A stretch of DNA of 51,747 bases from Saprospiraceae bacterium (GCA_043764555.1 JAYUKJ010000441.1:1-51747); one strand, 5' to 3'. Counted from the stretch's first letter, positions 25,244 to 35,099 are shown. Program-made: numbers and translations. Notes: generated by a model not told the origin, from the sequence alone.

Positions 25244-25375
25244 TACGTTAGTTTTTTTCTTTTATCAAAAGATATTTTACCGACTGAAATAGTTTACAAG
25301 ACCTTGATTATCAGTGATTTAATTCTGAATCCATGTTAAATAAATGCGCTTTAAAATCCATGAATTAGAAAAATA

Positions 25376-25392
25376 GGACCCCTCAGTATAAA
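25376..25392 (+). repeat. Dispersed motif, exact 17-mer
   Basis: GGACCCCTCAGTATAAA, intergenic. Confidence 0.9.
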
Positions 25393-25415
25393 CGTGAAAA
25401 TTACGCAATTGACGC

Positions 25416-25457
25416 CCATTAATCATTTACCATTAATCATTTACCATTAATCATTCA
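25416..25457. repeat. Tandem repeat, 14-bp unit CCATTAATCATTTA x3
   Basis: Three units (the last has T>C), ending 4 nt from the stop of the 25462 gene. Confidence 0.9.
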
Positions 25458-25461
25458 CCCT

Positions 25462-26244
25462 TTAATTCCTTTTTCCGAGCTGCAAAGATAGGTAAAGATT
25501 GAGGAAATACGGGCGATTTAGGACGGTTGCCGACGGCACGATAATCGGCAAAGGTTTGGCGAAAATATCGAGTTGAATCCCGATTTCGGCGGCGCGTAAA
25601 AACTCGTCAAAAGCGCCCCAATCGAGTTGAACGGCGGCTTGTCCGTAAATGCCAGGAATGACTTTGGTTTCACCGATGCCTCTGAAAAAACCCGATTTTC
25701 CGCGAATTTGGTAGTAGTCGAGGAACGTTTTTTCATTCTCTGGCGAATATTTAGTGGCGACAACTTTCGTCAAATCGGTTCTCGAAACGCCAATTTCCAA
25801 GTAGTAAGGCACCATCAAAGCGATGCTTGCACCGCCCGCGAAATTGACGCCCAGAGCAACGCCGTTTTTCGACGCTTTTTCCGAAAAATACCGCTTAACG
25901 CCGTACCCCAAACGGGTCGATACGGCGTAATTTTGCTTGCCATACGTATATTTGCTAAAACCTGAACTTCCAGTCGATGCCGTGAAATCGGGGCTTTTTG
26001 CCACTTCTTTCGGGTGTTTTAGGTCAAAACCCAAGCCGACGGTGTAATAAGTCGTCTTGTTGTACGTCTTTACGGTGCCAAACAAAGCGTTTGCCGACCA
26101 ACCCCAACCGAAGGAATAAAGCCGCAAATCGAGCGCTTTTTCGGTGTTGTACAGGATGCCTTTATTGTCGTTTTTAAAACGATTTTGGCTAAAAATACTG
26201 CTTGAAATGAGCAGCAAAGTGGCAAGTAGGATTGTTTTTTTCAT
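25462..26244 (-). CDS. Hypothetical outer-membrane (beta-barrel-like) protein
   Basis: Start trimmed to MKKTILLATLLLISSSIFSQ (signal peptide). Alternating Gly/aromatic-rich beta-strand pattern. Confidence 0.5.
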   Translation of the reverse strand: MKKTILLATLLLISSSIFSQNRFKNDNKGILYNTEKALDLRLYSFGWGWSANALFGTVKTYNKTTYYTVGLGFDLKHPKEVAKSPDFTASTGSSGFSKYTYGKQNYAVSTRLGYGVKRYFSEKASKNGVALGVNFAGGASIALMVPYYLEIGVSRTDLTKVVATKYSPENEKTFLDYYQIRGKSGFFRGIGETKVIPGIYGQAAVQLDWGAFDEFLRAAEIGIQLDIFAKPLPIIVPSATVLNRPYFLNLYLSLQLGKRN

Positions 26245-26398
26245 CGTAGAGATTCTGTTTTGAATAACGAATTGAAGACGTATTTTTAGAGATTTGACAA
26301 CTTTTTGAAAAACTGTCAAATATAAACCATCCTATATGTGTAAAGCGTAGGAATGTCCAAATATACGACGCTTGCATTTGACTAACAAATCAAAAATA

Positions 26399-26412
26399 GG
26401 ACCCCTCAGTAT
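26399..26412 (+). repeat. Dispersed motif copy
   Basis: GGACCCCTCAGTAT, intergenic, next to a terminator. Confidence 0.85.
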
Positions 26413-26431
26413 TTTTACTAAAAAACGATAA

Positions 26432-26464
26432 AAAAGCCTCAATTGTTTTGCAATTGAGGCTTTT
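26432..26464 (-). terminator. Terminator after the two-component operon
   Basis: GCCTCAATTG / CAATTGAGGC stem with flanking A/T runs, 26 nt after the stop at 26490. Confidence 0.7.
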
Positions 26465-26489
26465 AAGTGCGGGAAAAACGGGGTTCCGA

Positions 26490-27203
26490 TTATATGGCAG
26501 CGGCGACCAATTTCACCACATTCATCTTGTAATTCCGTCCAATTGGAATTTCTTTATCCTTAATTTTCACGGAATTTGACGCCAACGACGCCACTTTGTC
26601 AATCGCCACGATGAACGATTTATGGACGCGCAAAAACTTATCTTCGGGCAGTTTTTCTTCCAAATAACTGATGCGTTGGTACGTGATAAGCGACTCTTTG
26701 TCGGTCTTGATGCGGACGTAATCCTTCAAACTTTCTATGTACAAAATGTCTTTCAAATACACTTTTTTCATCTCGCGATTGACTTTGAAATATTTGTAAG
26801 ACTGCTCATAACTGTCTGATAACGAAGGCGGTATCTCAATCGGCATCGTGCGCCGTTGGTGATATTTTTCGATGCCTTTCCGAAAACGCTCGAAGTTAAT
26901 GGGCTTCAAAAGAAAGTCCAAAACGTCAAATTCGTAGCTCTCGAGGGCGTAGTCTCGGTAGGCGGTTGTGATGACAATCAAGGGGCGAACGGGCAGCGTT
27001 TTGAGCAGCTCCCAACCCGTCATACGGGGCATTTGAATGTCCAAAAACAGCAAATCAATTTGCTCGCGTTGCAAAACGGCGGAGGCTTCAAAAGCGTTGC
27101 AGCAAGTGGCAACGAGTTCCAATTCGGGCATTTTGACGACGTGCGTTGCGACCAATTCGGCGGCAAGCGGTTCATCGTCAACAACAAGGCATTTAATTTT
27201 CAT
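26490..27203 (-). CDS. LytTR-family response regulator
   Basis: REC domain (VVDDEP, LLFLDIQMP) plus a C-terminal LytTR DNA-binding domain (..YIES..DYV.I.T......LR.HKSF.V). Confidence 0.9.
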   Translation of the reverse strand: MKIKCLVVDDEPLAAELVATHVVKMPELELVATCCNAFEASAVLQREQIDLLFLDIQMPRMTGWELLKTLPVRPLIVITTAYRDYALESYEFDVLDFLLKPINFERFRKGIEKYHQRRTMPIEIPPSLSDSYEQSYKYFKVNREMKKVYLKDILYIESLKDYVRIKTDKESLITYQRISYLEEKLPEDKFLRVHKSFIVAIDKVASLASNSVKIKDKEIPIGRNYKMNVVKLVAAAI

Positions 27204-27426
27204 GACATTAGTGATTTTAGTTAGAAATTAGGCAAAGATTTTATTGAACAATCGTCGTATTTAATGTTAATTACGAACAAAATGAGCTGATGGTTTTAAT
27301 TGTTTTAGATTGACAGTCAATGTTTTGCAAAAAAAAACAGCTTTACATTGATTGGGTAAAACGGATACGCTTGATGGATTTATTTACAAATTTGACTTTA
27401 ATTTATCCGCAATTTATCACGATTTC

Positions 27427-28590
27427 TTAGAATTTGAACAATAAAAACAAACTTTTAAGCGCCATCATAGCACCTGATAAAGGAGACGTTTTTTCTCTAC
27501 TTTGGGTTGCCGCCGTTTTGGTTTTTTCTTGGAAAAAGGACTCCTCAGTATTGTCGTTAAAATTGAGTTTCAAAACGGCTAAATGCGAGTCTTCATCCTT
27601 CAAAATCTTCAATTCAAAGCTGTCGGGGTACAAAATTTCAAGCCGTTTTCTAAGATTATCCAAGCCTAAGCCGTTGCCAAATCCGTTTGTTTTAACTTTT
27701 TCATCGCACAAACTGTTTTCAATTTTGAAGGTTAAAACCTGTTTTTTCAGCGACATATCAATGTGGATCCACGAATCTTCGACGGCATTTGACACGCCAT
27801 GTTTGAACGCATTTTCAACCAAAGGTAGAAAAAAAAGCGGTGGAACCTGCACGCCCCGCACGTCATTCACGCCGCAGATTTGGATGTCAAGCCGATTGCC
27901 ATAACGGATTTTTTCTAAATTAATATAATTTTTAACATAATCTATTTCTTTTTCAACTTCAATCAGCGACCGTTTGGAATCGTACAACATATAGCTCAAC
28001 AAGGACGACAGACGGTGAATCATATCGCTCGTCAAAGGCGAGTTTTTGAGCGATAGCATATAGATATTATTCAATGTGTTAAAAATGAAATGCGGTTGCA
28101 CTTGTGACCGCAACAAAGCGAGTTCGGCGGCTACTTTTTCACGCATCAAAGTTTCATTGACGCGTTGTTGCTCCATCCACTTCCTTATGACATAAATCAT
28201 TGAACCTAAGCCTGCTATCAATTGCACATAAACTGCATCTATCATTATTTTGGGGAATATGAAAAGGATTTTAGCGCGTTCAGGATATAGGACTTTGTAG
28301 ATAATATCGAAGGTGATGATACGGCGAAGAACGCCCGCAAACACCATGCTTGCAAGTAAACAACCGACAAAAGGTAGGTATTTTTTTTGTAATAAAAACC
28401 GTTCAACGGTTATGAAAATAGTGAAATATGTCACGAGCATAATGACAGGCACATTGAGCAATGCCGCTCGAAATGACACATCATAACAGTCGTTCAGACT
28501 GCCTTGCAAGAGCCATTCATAGAGAAAAAGACACGTCCAAAAGAGGAGATGCCACGCCCACATTCGTGAATTAATCAGAAAGGTTTTCAT
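27427..28590 (-). CDS. Sensor histidine kinase, LytS/YehU-type
   Basis: Multi-TM N-terminus, His_kinase block QVQPHFIFNTLNNI, HATPase block LVENAFKHG. The unusual ~45-aa C-terminal tail contains a motif variant. Confidence 0.88.
   Translation of the reverse strand: MKTFLINSRMWAWHLLFWTCLFLYEWLLQGSLNDCYDVSFRAALLNVPVIMLVTYFTIFITVERFLLQKKYLPFVGCLLASMVFAGVLRRIITFDIIYKVLYPERAKILFIFPKIMIDAVYVQLIAGLGSMIYVIRKWMEQQRVNETLMREKVAAELALLRSQVQPHFIFNTLNNIYMLSLKNSPLTSDMIHRLSSLLSYMLYDSKRSLIEVEKEIDYVKNYINLEKIRYGNRLDIQICGVNDVRGVQVPPLFFLPLVENAFKHGVSNAVEDSWIHIDMSLKKQVLTFKIENSLCDEKVKTNGFGNGLGLDNLRKRLEILYPDSFELKILKDEDSHLAVLKLNFNDNTEESFFQEKTKTAATQSREKTSPLSGAMMALKSLFLLFKF
27538..27551 (+). repeat. Dispersed motif copy, CTCC variant, inside the kinase C-terminal tail
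   Basis: GGACTCCTCAGTAT, read on the minus strand as NTEESF. Confidence 0.7.
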
Positions 28591-28723
28591 TGCGCCAAAT
28601 TTTATTTTATTGAATTATTTTATTGACGTAAAACTATGTTAAAAAAAGAATTATTTCCTCTTTTTTTTCCAAAACGTGGTCTTTACTCGTCGTAATTATA
28701 ATTTTTTTTTACAAATATAATTA

Positions 28724-28736
28724 AATACTGAGGGGT
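28724..28736 (-). repeat. Dispersed motif copy
   Basis: AATACTGAGGGGT, intergenic. Confidence 0.8.
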
Positions 28737-28851
28737 AGGTTTTTGAAAAAAATAAAGATGAAAAACGGCGCAAATTGACTAATTCATTTACTTTTGACCT
28801 TCGATTTATTAGAAAAAACAAGCATTATTGAACTAAAACAGAACGTACATT

Positions 28852-31041
28852 GTGAAAAAAATACACTTATTATTACTCATTTTCTTTGCGGTAAATTCCC
28901 TTTTCGCCCAAACAATTCTCGACTTAAATTTTGCTAAAGCCGTTCAAAACCAATGCGCTGATTGCCTCAACGACAGGAATCAGTTGCAGCCGTCTGCGCG
29001 AAAAATTGCGCATTTGAACCTCAATTACAAGGAAATTAGCGATTTGTCGGGCATCGAAGGCTTTACGAGTTTGATTACTTTGGATTGCTCGAACAATAAA
29101 TTGACCAATCTGCCTTATCTGCCAAACCCCTATTTGAAACAAATTCGGTGTGTTAACAATCAGTTGACGAGCCTTCCTTTGTTCCCCGAATCGCTGTTGT
29201 TTCTCGATTGCAGCGGCAACAAAATTAGATTTATTACGGGTTTTCCGAAAGCCTTGCAAGAATTGACGCTGAACAGCAATCCGATTCGACGTTTGCCGCA
29301 GTTGCCGATTCATTTGCAAAAATTGTCCTGCGTTAATGACAGTTTGTTCGCCTTACCCACGCTTCCCGACGACATTACGTTTTTGGATTGTAGCAATAAT
29401 ATGCTGTTGAAATTGCCGAAATTGCCCGCTCAATTGTCCAAAATGATATTTGACAACAATCGGCTTTTTCGCCTACCGCAGCTCCCTTATTTGCTTGCTG
29501 AATGCTCCGTTGCGGGCAACAATATAAGCATATTGCCAAATATGCCAGAATATTTGCAAGTGTTGGATGTGAGCAACAATCAACTTGACAGTTTGCCGAC
29601 CTTGCCGCCGCGTTTGTCGGTGCTTCATTTCGCGGATAACAAAGTGACGCAGGTCTTCGCTTTTCCCGCGTCTTTGACGGAAATAGATTGTCGGAGAAAC
29701 CTTTTGGCGGACTTTCCTAAATTGCCACGCCGCTTGGCAATTTTGAAAATGAAGGGCAATTCCGTGCCTTGTCTCGCAAATATGCCTGAAAAATTGACTC
29801 AGATTGACGAAGAAGGGATGTCGGAATGTATGCGGCCGCATTTTGGTTTGGTTGAAAAAACGGTTGAATCAAATGCTAAGAAAACGGCATTTCAATCGAG
29901 CATGGTGACGGCTAAAGAGGAGCAACTCGTCCCGTATCGCAAGGGCGAGAGGTGGGGATATTCCAACGCACGCGGCGAAATTATGATAGCGCCGCAGTAC
30001 GATTCTGCCACTTTATTTGATAAAAATCCGCGTTTTAGTTACTCTTTTTCGATTGTTTCGACGGGCGGTTATAAAGGCGTTATTGACGTCGAAGGTGAGT
30101 ATATTGTGCGACCAGATTATCAAAAAGTGTATGCCCTCAATCGCGGTGGTTTCATCGGTCAAAAATCGCTAAACGACAATTGGACTTTCATCAGTGAGGA
30201 TGCCATAGTGGAAGAGAAATTTCCCGTTGAAGCCACCAAAGACCCCGTTTTTAAACGGTACGCCGAGGGTAAAGCGGTGACAAAAGCAACGGGTGCTATG
30301 GTTTTTAATGAATTTATGATTCCTCAATTTTTCAAAAATGACAGTGCGCAATATGGCTACGTATTAAGGAAAAAGACAATTGCTGATAAATTAACGGGCG
30401 CTTTAAAGTACGAAACGCTCGACTCGATACCCCCTCAGTATAGTGAGCTAAAATTCTTAATACCGATGAGTTTTGACACAATTTTGGCAAAAGGGAAGGA
30501 TGGAAAATGGGGCATCATCAACGCTAAAAATGACACGATTGCGGCTTTTGTTCACGATGAAATCAAGAACCAAATTTTGACGGTCATTGACAGAGATTCC
30601 GTGAAAACGCCTTATTTTACGGCCAAAAAGAACGGAAAATGGGGGGTCAGTTCCTTGAAAGATTCAAGTTTGGTTTTAGATTATGATTTTGACGAAGTGG
30701 AGATTATGTGGCTAAAACCTTTAAATATCGTTGATGGCGACAGCAATCGGTTGTTTCTCAAAGTTCGGCGCGACGACAAATGGGGCATCATGGGCGAGCG
30801 CTTATGGCAGTGGGTTGTGCCGACCGAATTTGACGACGTGCGCTTGGATGTTGATACCGAAAATGGTTTTCAGTTGATTCGTGGGCAGCAAATGGGGTAC
30901 TACATTATTCCTGCGGAAAAAATAATTCCGCCGCTCTATCGAGAAGTTAAATATTTCAAATATGGCTTTGCGGAAGTCGTTACAACGCAAAATAAAATTG
31001 GTTTTATTAACGAAAATGGTGACGAATATTTTTTAGAATAA
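28852..31041 (+). CDS. Secreted LRR protein with C-terminal WG-containing (KWG) repeats; GTG start
   Basis: Signal peptide ..NSLFAQ. ~12 LRRs of the LxxLxCxxNxLxxLPxLP type. C-terminal half has repeated (G/E/D)(K/R)WG(I/V/Y) motifs. Confidence 0.8.
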   Translation: MKKIHLLLLIFFAVNSLFAQTILDLNFAKAVQNQCADCLNDRNQLQPSARKIAHLNLNYKEISDLSGIEGFTSLITLDCSNNKLTNLPYLPNPYLKQIRCVNNQLTSLPLFPESLLFLDCSGNKIRFITGFPKALQELTLNSNPIRRLPQLPIHLQKLSCVNDSLFALPTLPDDITFLDCSNNMLLKLPKLPAQLSKMIFDNNRLFRLPQLPYLLAECSVAGNNISILPNMPEYLQVLDVSNNQLDSLPTLPPRLSVLHFADNKVTQVFAFPASLTEIDCRRNLLADFPKLPRRLAILKMKGNSVPCLANMPEKLTQIDEEGMSECMRPHFGLVEKTVESNAKKTAFQSSMVTAKEEQLVPYRKGERWGYSNARGEIMIAPQYDSATLFDKNPRFSYSFSIVSTGGYKGVIDVEGEYIVRPDYQKVYALNRGGFIGQKSLNDNWTFISEDAIVEEKFPVEATKDPVFKRYAEGKAVTKATGAMVFNEFMIPQFFKNDSAQYGYVLRKKTIADKLTGALKYETLDSIPPQYSELKFLIPMSFDTILAKGKDGKWGIINAKNDTIAAFVHDEIKNQILTVIDRDSVKTPYFTAKKNGKWGVSSLKDSSLVLDYDFDEVEIMWLKPLNIVDGDSNRLFLKVRRDDKWGIMGERLWQWVVPTEFDDVRLDVDTENGFQLIRGQQMGYYIIPAEKIIPPLYREVKYFKYGFAEVVTTQNKIGFINENGDEYFLE
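30429..30442 (+). repeat. Dispersed motif copy inside the LRR/WG CDS
   Basis: ACCCCCTCAGTATA, translated as IPPQYS. Confidence 0.8.
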
Positions 31042-31057
31042 GGAAAACGATTCAGAG

Positions 31058-31074
31058 GGACCCCTCAGTATAAA
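31058..31074 (+). repeat. Dispersed motif, exact 17-mer
   Basis: GGACCCCTCAGTATAAA, 17 nt after the stop at 31041. Confidence 0.9.
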
Positions 31075-31113
31075 ACGTGTTTTTATCATATTTTAGCGTT
31101 TTTCGACCTAAAA

Positions 31114-31147
31114 ACAAAGCCGCTTCGACGAATCGAAGCAGCTTTGT
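31114..31147. terminator. Hairpin between convergent genes
   Basis: ACAAAGCCGCTTCGA / TCGAAGCAGCTTTGT, 15-bp stem with one mismatch. Confidence 0.6.
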
Positions 31148-31174
31148 TCATTGGAGAATTTAGGGAACTAACGC

Positions 31175-31699
31175 TTAGAATTTAAGTGCTAAACCCAATT
31201 TTAACGTAGAAACACCGTAACCGAGTTCCGCAAATCCGCCGAAGTTATTGCTAAAATAGTAGCGCGCGCCTGCGTGAAGATTGAGGAAAACGCGGTTTGA
31301 ATAACCGCCGTAGCCTGTTCCGAAGTTATCGCCTGAGCTGAAAGTTTGAAAGCCCAATCCAGCGCCCCCATAGACGTCAAGTTTTTCATTATCGAGACTC
31401 AACAGCTCGTTGAAGTGATAAGAGCCTCTTGCGGCGAAATACATGATTCTCCAAGTGTATTTGGACCCAAAATACGAATCCGACCAGCTAAGATAGTCGA
31501 ATGACCCGCCCGCACTAATGTCTTTAGTGAAGCCATGCTCGAATGATGCGCCAATTGGCAGACCGCCATAGTTTAAAACGCCCAAGCCGATACCTAAATT
31601 CAAGAGGTTATCGCCCTTTTGATATTGAGCATTGGCGTTGGTGTGCGTGAAAATGCAAAGTGCTGCAACTGCAAGGCATGAATAAAAGATTTTTGACAT
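31175..31699 (-). CDS. Small outer-membrane beta-barrel protein (OmpW/porin-like)
   Basis: Signal peptide ..TNANAQ, Gly/Tyr-rich alternating strands, C-terminal ..LKLGLALKF. Confidence 0.65.
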   Translation of the reverse strand: MSKIFYSCLAVAALCIFTHTNANAQYQKGDNLLNLGIGLGVLNYGGLPIGASFEHGFTKDISAGGSFDYLSWSDSYFGSKYTWRIMYFAARGSYHFNELLSLDNEKLDVYGGAGLGFQTFSSGDNFGTGYGGYSNRVFLNLHAGARYYFSNNFGGFAELGYGVSTLKLGLALKF

Positions 31700-32070
31700 G
31701 GTTTGCTAAATTTAAAAAATGTTAAAAAATAGGTTTTATAATACTTTTGAAAAAGTTAATAGGTGTCTAAAGCCTAATTTTCGAAAGAAAAATTAAACTT
31801 AAAATATTTGATAACAGAATAGGGAAAATTGTGGGATGTGGAATCGAATGATACTATAAAAGGAATTTTTTTTGGAATAAATACAGATTTGTTTCTCATG
31901 AAAAAGATGTAATGCTTGTCTGTGATTGTTATAATTTTCTACCTAACATAATGCAAGATTAAAGGAGTTTATTTTAATTTCAAAATTTATGAAGGGTAGA
32001 AAACGCATATTTTTTATTCATAAATGTGTATTTGTGTTGTTATTTTGACAAATTAGCACTTTTTTGCCTA

Positions 32071-32108
32071 AAAAAAAGCCATTTTCGTTTATCGAAATGG
32101 CTTTTTTT
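32071..32108 (-). terminator. Terminator after the DUF2752 gene
   Basis: GCCATTTTCG / CGAAATGGC stem flanked by A7/T7 runs. Confidence 0.65.
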
Positions 32109-32118
32109 ATCTTTTTTT

Positions 32119-32430
32119 TTATACTTTTAATAAATCTACTTGACGCGCCGCTTTAATTGTCCAAACAAACCAGACCAAAATGAGCGCTGGATAAACAAAT
32201 AAACTGCCTTTATTGAAATAAATTGCGTCGTCAAAATCAAAGTGATGCACGTGCATGATGGCGCGCGTCATGCCGCAACCGTAACATTCTATATCAAAAA
32301 AAAGGCGTGAAGGGCAGAGAATTGTATCTCCTTCATCGAAGAAGTTAGCGGGCAATAGCCACAAGACAAAAGGCGTGGCGAGGAGTGCAATGAGCCATAA
32401 CCAAATGTATTTTTTCTGATTTTTAAACAT
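32119..32430 (-). CDS. DUF2752-domain membrane protein
   Basis: CPSRLFFDIECYGCGMTRA motif plus two TM segments. Confidence 0.7.
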   Translation of the reverse strand: MFKNQKKYIWLWLIALLATPFVLWLLPANFFDEGDTILCPSRLFFDIECYGCGMTRAIMHVHHFDFDDAIYFNKGSLFVYPALILVWFVWTIKAARQVDLLKV

Positions 32431-32459
32431 ATTCTAAGGTGCGATTAGTTTTAAAAAAG

Positions 32460-32497
32460 ACGGCGTAGTGAGGAACAAAATGCTCTCACTACGCCGT
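32460..32497 (-). terminator. Rho-independent terminator after the 32519 gene
   Basis: 13-bp perfect stem ACGGCGTAGTGAG / CTCACTACGCCGT followed on the minus strand by a T-run. Confidence 0.8.
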
Positions 32498-32518
32498 AAT
32501 TTGTTGACTACTAAGTTT

Positions 32519-33004
32519 TTATGAGTAGTAGTTTTTCATTTTAACAAAAGCGTAAATGACGCCAGGAAGCCAACACAAGACACCCAAAAGCAAGGCGTAC
32601 AACCAATCATTACCTTTCCAATCTGTCATGAGACCAACGCCCACAAAGCCTAAACCCAAGATAGCCAAAAGAATGTAAATACCTTTTGATAATTCAGGTT
32701 CGCCGCCAGCGACTTTGCTTTTCATGACTTTTTGAGCCGCTTTCAAAGCAAGTGATTTTCGCAATCCCAAACGCTTACCCGTCATCTCTTTGTATTTAGA
32801 TGGTGTAAGTGTTAAGAATTTGTTCAAACTCATTTGAAGCATTTCAGGAGAAAGCGCTTGAGCATTAGGGTCAACATTGGTTACTGAAGTCCATTGTGCC
32901 ACTGTTGATTCGCCGTTCATTGCTGAAGTAATGGCGAAAGAAGGAGAAATCGTAGCGCAGCAGAATGCACAAACGAGCGAAAAAAGTACAGTTTTCATTT
33001 TCAT
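32519..33004 (-). CDS. Membrane protein with C-terminal YqaE/Pmp3-like segment
   Basis: Signal peptide, then two C-terminal TM helices with LCWLPGVIYAF resembling the Pmp3/UPF0057 signature. Confidence 0.45.
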   Translation of the reverse strand: MKMKTVLFSLVCAFCCATISPSFAITSAMNGESTVAQWTSVTNVDPNAQALSPEMLQMSLNKFLTLTPSKYKEMTGKRLGLRKSLALKAAQKVMKSKVAGGEPELSKGIYILLAILGLGFVGVGLMTDWKGNDWLYALLLGVLCWLPGVIYAFVKMKNYYS

Positions 33005-33112
33005 ATCTAGAAACGAATTTTGTAGTGAAAAAAATTAGGTTTACAATAATAGGCTGCAAAGTAACCCTGTTTTTTTTATTGACAAATAAATTGACCAAAA
33101 CTTATACATAAA

Positions 33113-33508
33113 TTATTTTTCAATCTTATAAACCGACCAAGCAAGTAGCAGCCAACCGTAAATAAATAAAAGACCGCCAATCGGTGTCACAACGCCGAGC
33201 CAGCCCGCGCCTTCTACGTGTGCAATTTCGGCAAAAGTCAATCCGTAAAGAGAGCCTGAAAAAAGAATAATTCCCTCCATAAATAGCAGAATAACGCGGT
33301 TAACGCGCTTATCGTCCGTGAATTGCGAGACAATCACCGCCAAAGCTATCGCAAAAGCATGGTAGAAGTGGTACTGAACACCCGTTTTAAATGTTTCAAT
33401 TTGGAGTGGTGAAACGAGTCGTTTTAGGCCGTGCGCGCCGAAAGCCCCGAGCGCGACTGCCAAGCCACACAATATAAAAGCGGTCACTAACCAGTTCCTA
33501 TTTTTCAT
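33113..33508 (-). CDS. DUF423-domain membrane protein (YgdD-like)
   Basis: Four TM helices and the GAFGAHGLK motif. Confidence 0.7.
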   Translation of the reverse strand: MKNRNWLVTAFILCGLAVALGAFGAHGLKRLVSPLQIETFKTGVQYHFYHAFAIALAVIVSQFTDDKRVNRVILLFMEGIILFSGSLYGLTFAEIAHVEGAGWLGVVTPIGGLLFIYGWLLLAWSVYKIEK

Positions 33509-33526
33509 TTTTCCTATTTTTTATGC

Positions 33527-33542
33527 TTTACACTGAGGGGTC
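33527..33542 (-). repeat. Dispersed motif copy, CAC variant
   Basis: TTTACACTGAGGGGTC, 19 nt upstream of the DUF423 gene start. Confidence 0.7.
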
Positions 33543-33549
33543 TTTATTG

Positions 33550-33703
33550 GATTCCAAATTTCAAATTTCAAATTCCAAATTTCAAATTTCAAATTTCAAA
33601 TTTCAAATTTCAAATTTCAAATTTCAAATTCCAAATTCCAAAGATTCCAAATTCCAAGGATTTGAAATCCTTGGAATTTTTGGAATTTGGAATTTTTGGA
33701 ATT
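33550..33703. repeat. Satellite block: (CAAATTT)~8 with CAAATTC variants, then palindromic GGAATTT/AAATTCC units (family locus 2)
   Basis: Heptamer run ~33576-33630, perfect palindrome CCAAGGATTTGAAATCCTTGG (~33654-33674), then TGGAATTTTTGGAATTTGGAATTTTTGGAATT up to the ung stop. Confidence 0.9.
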
Positions 33704-34376
33704 AAAGAACCCGCCAATCAATCGGCGCAATCCCGTGTTTTTTCAAATAATCATTTGCTTGCGAAAAATGGCGCGAACCTGAAAACGCATTGCCCGCCAG
33801 AGGCGAAGGGTGCGCCGCTTCTAAAATCAGATGCTTCGATTTGTCGATAAATACGCGTTTATTCCGCGCAAAATTGCCCCAAAGCATGAAAACTAAGTGT
33901 TCGCGTTCATCAGAAAGCCGTTTGATAACGGCGTCCGTGAAAAATTGCCAACCGCTTTTCTGATGCGAACCAGCAATGCCCGCTTCGACCGTCAAAATGG
34001 CATTGAGCAAGAAAACGCCTTGTTGCGCCCAAGCCGTGAGGTCGCCATGCGCGGGAATCGGCAAGTCCAAATCGGCTTTAATTTCTTTGTAAACATTGAC
34101 CAACGAAGGCGGTGCTTTCACTTCTTTCGGCACGCTAAACGACAAACCCATTGCCTGTCCCGCGTTGTGGTACGGGTCTTGACCGAGAATCACGACTTTC
34201 ACTTTGTCGAAAGGCGTTTGTGCGAAAGCATTGAACATCAATGGTCCGGGTGGAAAAAGAGTTTTGCCAGCCGCCATTTCTTTACGAACGAAAGTGGTGA
34301 TGACTTGAAAATAAGGCTGCTCAAATTCGGCAGCGAGGGTGCGTTTCCAGCTTTCTTCAATTTTTACGTTACTCAT
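33702..34376 (-). CDS. ung: Uracil-DNA glycosylase, family 1
   Basis: VILGQDPYH water-activating loop, HPSPLA, full-length similarity. Confidence 0.95.
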   Translation of the reverse strand: MSNVKIEESWKRTLAAEFEQPYFQVITTFVRKEMAAGKTLFPPGPLMFNAFAQTPFDKVKVVILGQDPYHNAGQAMGLSFSVPKEVKAPPSLVNVYKEIKADLDLPIPAHGDLTAWAQQGVFLLNAILTVEAGIAGSHQKSGWQFFTDAVIKRLSDEREHLVFMLWGNFARNKRVFIDKSKHLILEAAHPSPLAGNAFSGSRHFSQANDYLKKHGIAPIDWRVL

Positions 34377-34394
34377 TTTTTATCTTAAAATTTT

Positions 34395-34417
34395 AGACTT
34401 TCAGACTTTCAGACTTT
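34395..34417. repeat. Octamer microsatellite (AGACTTTC) x~3
   Basis: AGACTTTCAGACTTTCAGACTTT between the ung start and the stop of the upstream gene. Confidence 0.9.
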
Positions 34418-35097
34418 TAAAGCCCCAAATACTGAGGGGGCATATTGGCGAGTTTTTCTTCGTAAATTAACCGTATTTTTTTCAAAACGCCGATTAACTT
34501 TTGTAACTGCGCTTTATTAGCGACATCAAAAGCATGACTAACTATGTATTCTTTTTGTTGTAAAACCACGAATAACCAAAGTCGCCCGATGACGTAACAG
34601 CCATAAAGTGGACTTTCGGAATCATTATTGATTTTTTGACAACTCAACATTGCTGCTAATAATTGTCCAAGTGGGTCGCCGCTTGGATTTTTTTGAGGCT
34701 TATATTCTTGGAGAAAAAACAGTGGATTTTGAGGAAATTGGCTGCCCCGCCCAAGCACACAATCAACCTGCCCTGCTATGGATTTACCCGCCAGTTCAGT
34801 CTTCAGATAACTATCAAAAAAAGCGCGGTAGGTCAATTGATGAAACTCAACAAGATCAATCAATTTTGATATAAAATACATTTTAAGGTCTTCTTCATTC
34901 CAACTGTCAACGAATAATTCAAGACGTTTTTGCCATTTATCCACAACTGCTTGCTCGCTTATCGAGAGTGAAGGCAGATTACTAAACAGTGCGTCTAATT
35001 CAAGATGTTCTTGAATCCTTTTAATACCGAATGTATTTTCTATTTCTTGATGCTGCCATTGCTCAAATGGCTTCCATCTTTTTCGTTCTTTTGACAT
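34417..35097 (-). CDS. Hypothetical protein, PD-(D/E)XK-like; paralog of 20114-20758
   Basis: See 20114-20758. The last 9 codons (NMPPQYLGL) are encoded by a motif copy. Confidence 0.55.
   Translation of the reverse strand: MSKERKRWKPFEQWQHQEIENTFGIKRIQEHLELDALFSNLPSLSISEQAVVDKWQKRLELFVDSWNEEDLKMYFISKLIDLVEFHQLTYRAFFDSYLKTELAGKSIAGQVDCVLGRGSQFPQNPLFFLQEYKPQKNPSGDPLGQLLAAMLSCQKINNDSESPLYGCYVIGRLWLFVVLQQKEYIVSHAFDVANKAQLQKLIGVLKKIRLIYEEKLANMPPQYLGL
34428..34440 (-). repeat. Dispersed motif copy forming the C-terminal codons of the 34417 gene
   Basis: AATACTGAGGGGG, read on the minus strand as PPQYL. Confidence 0.8.
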
Positions 35098-35099
35098 TA

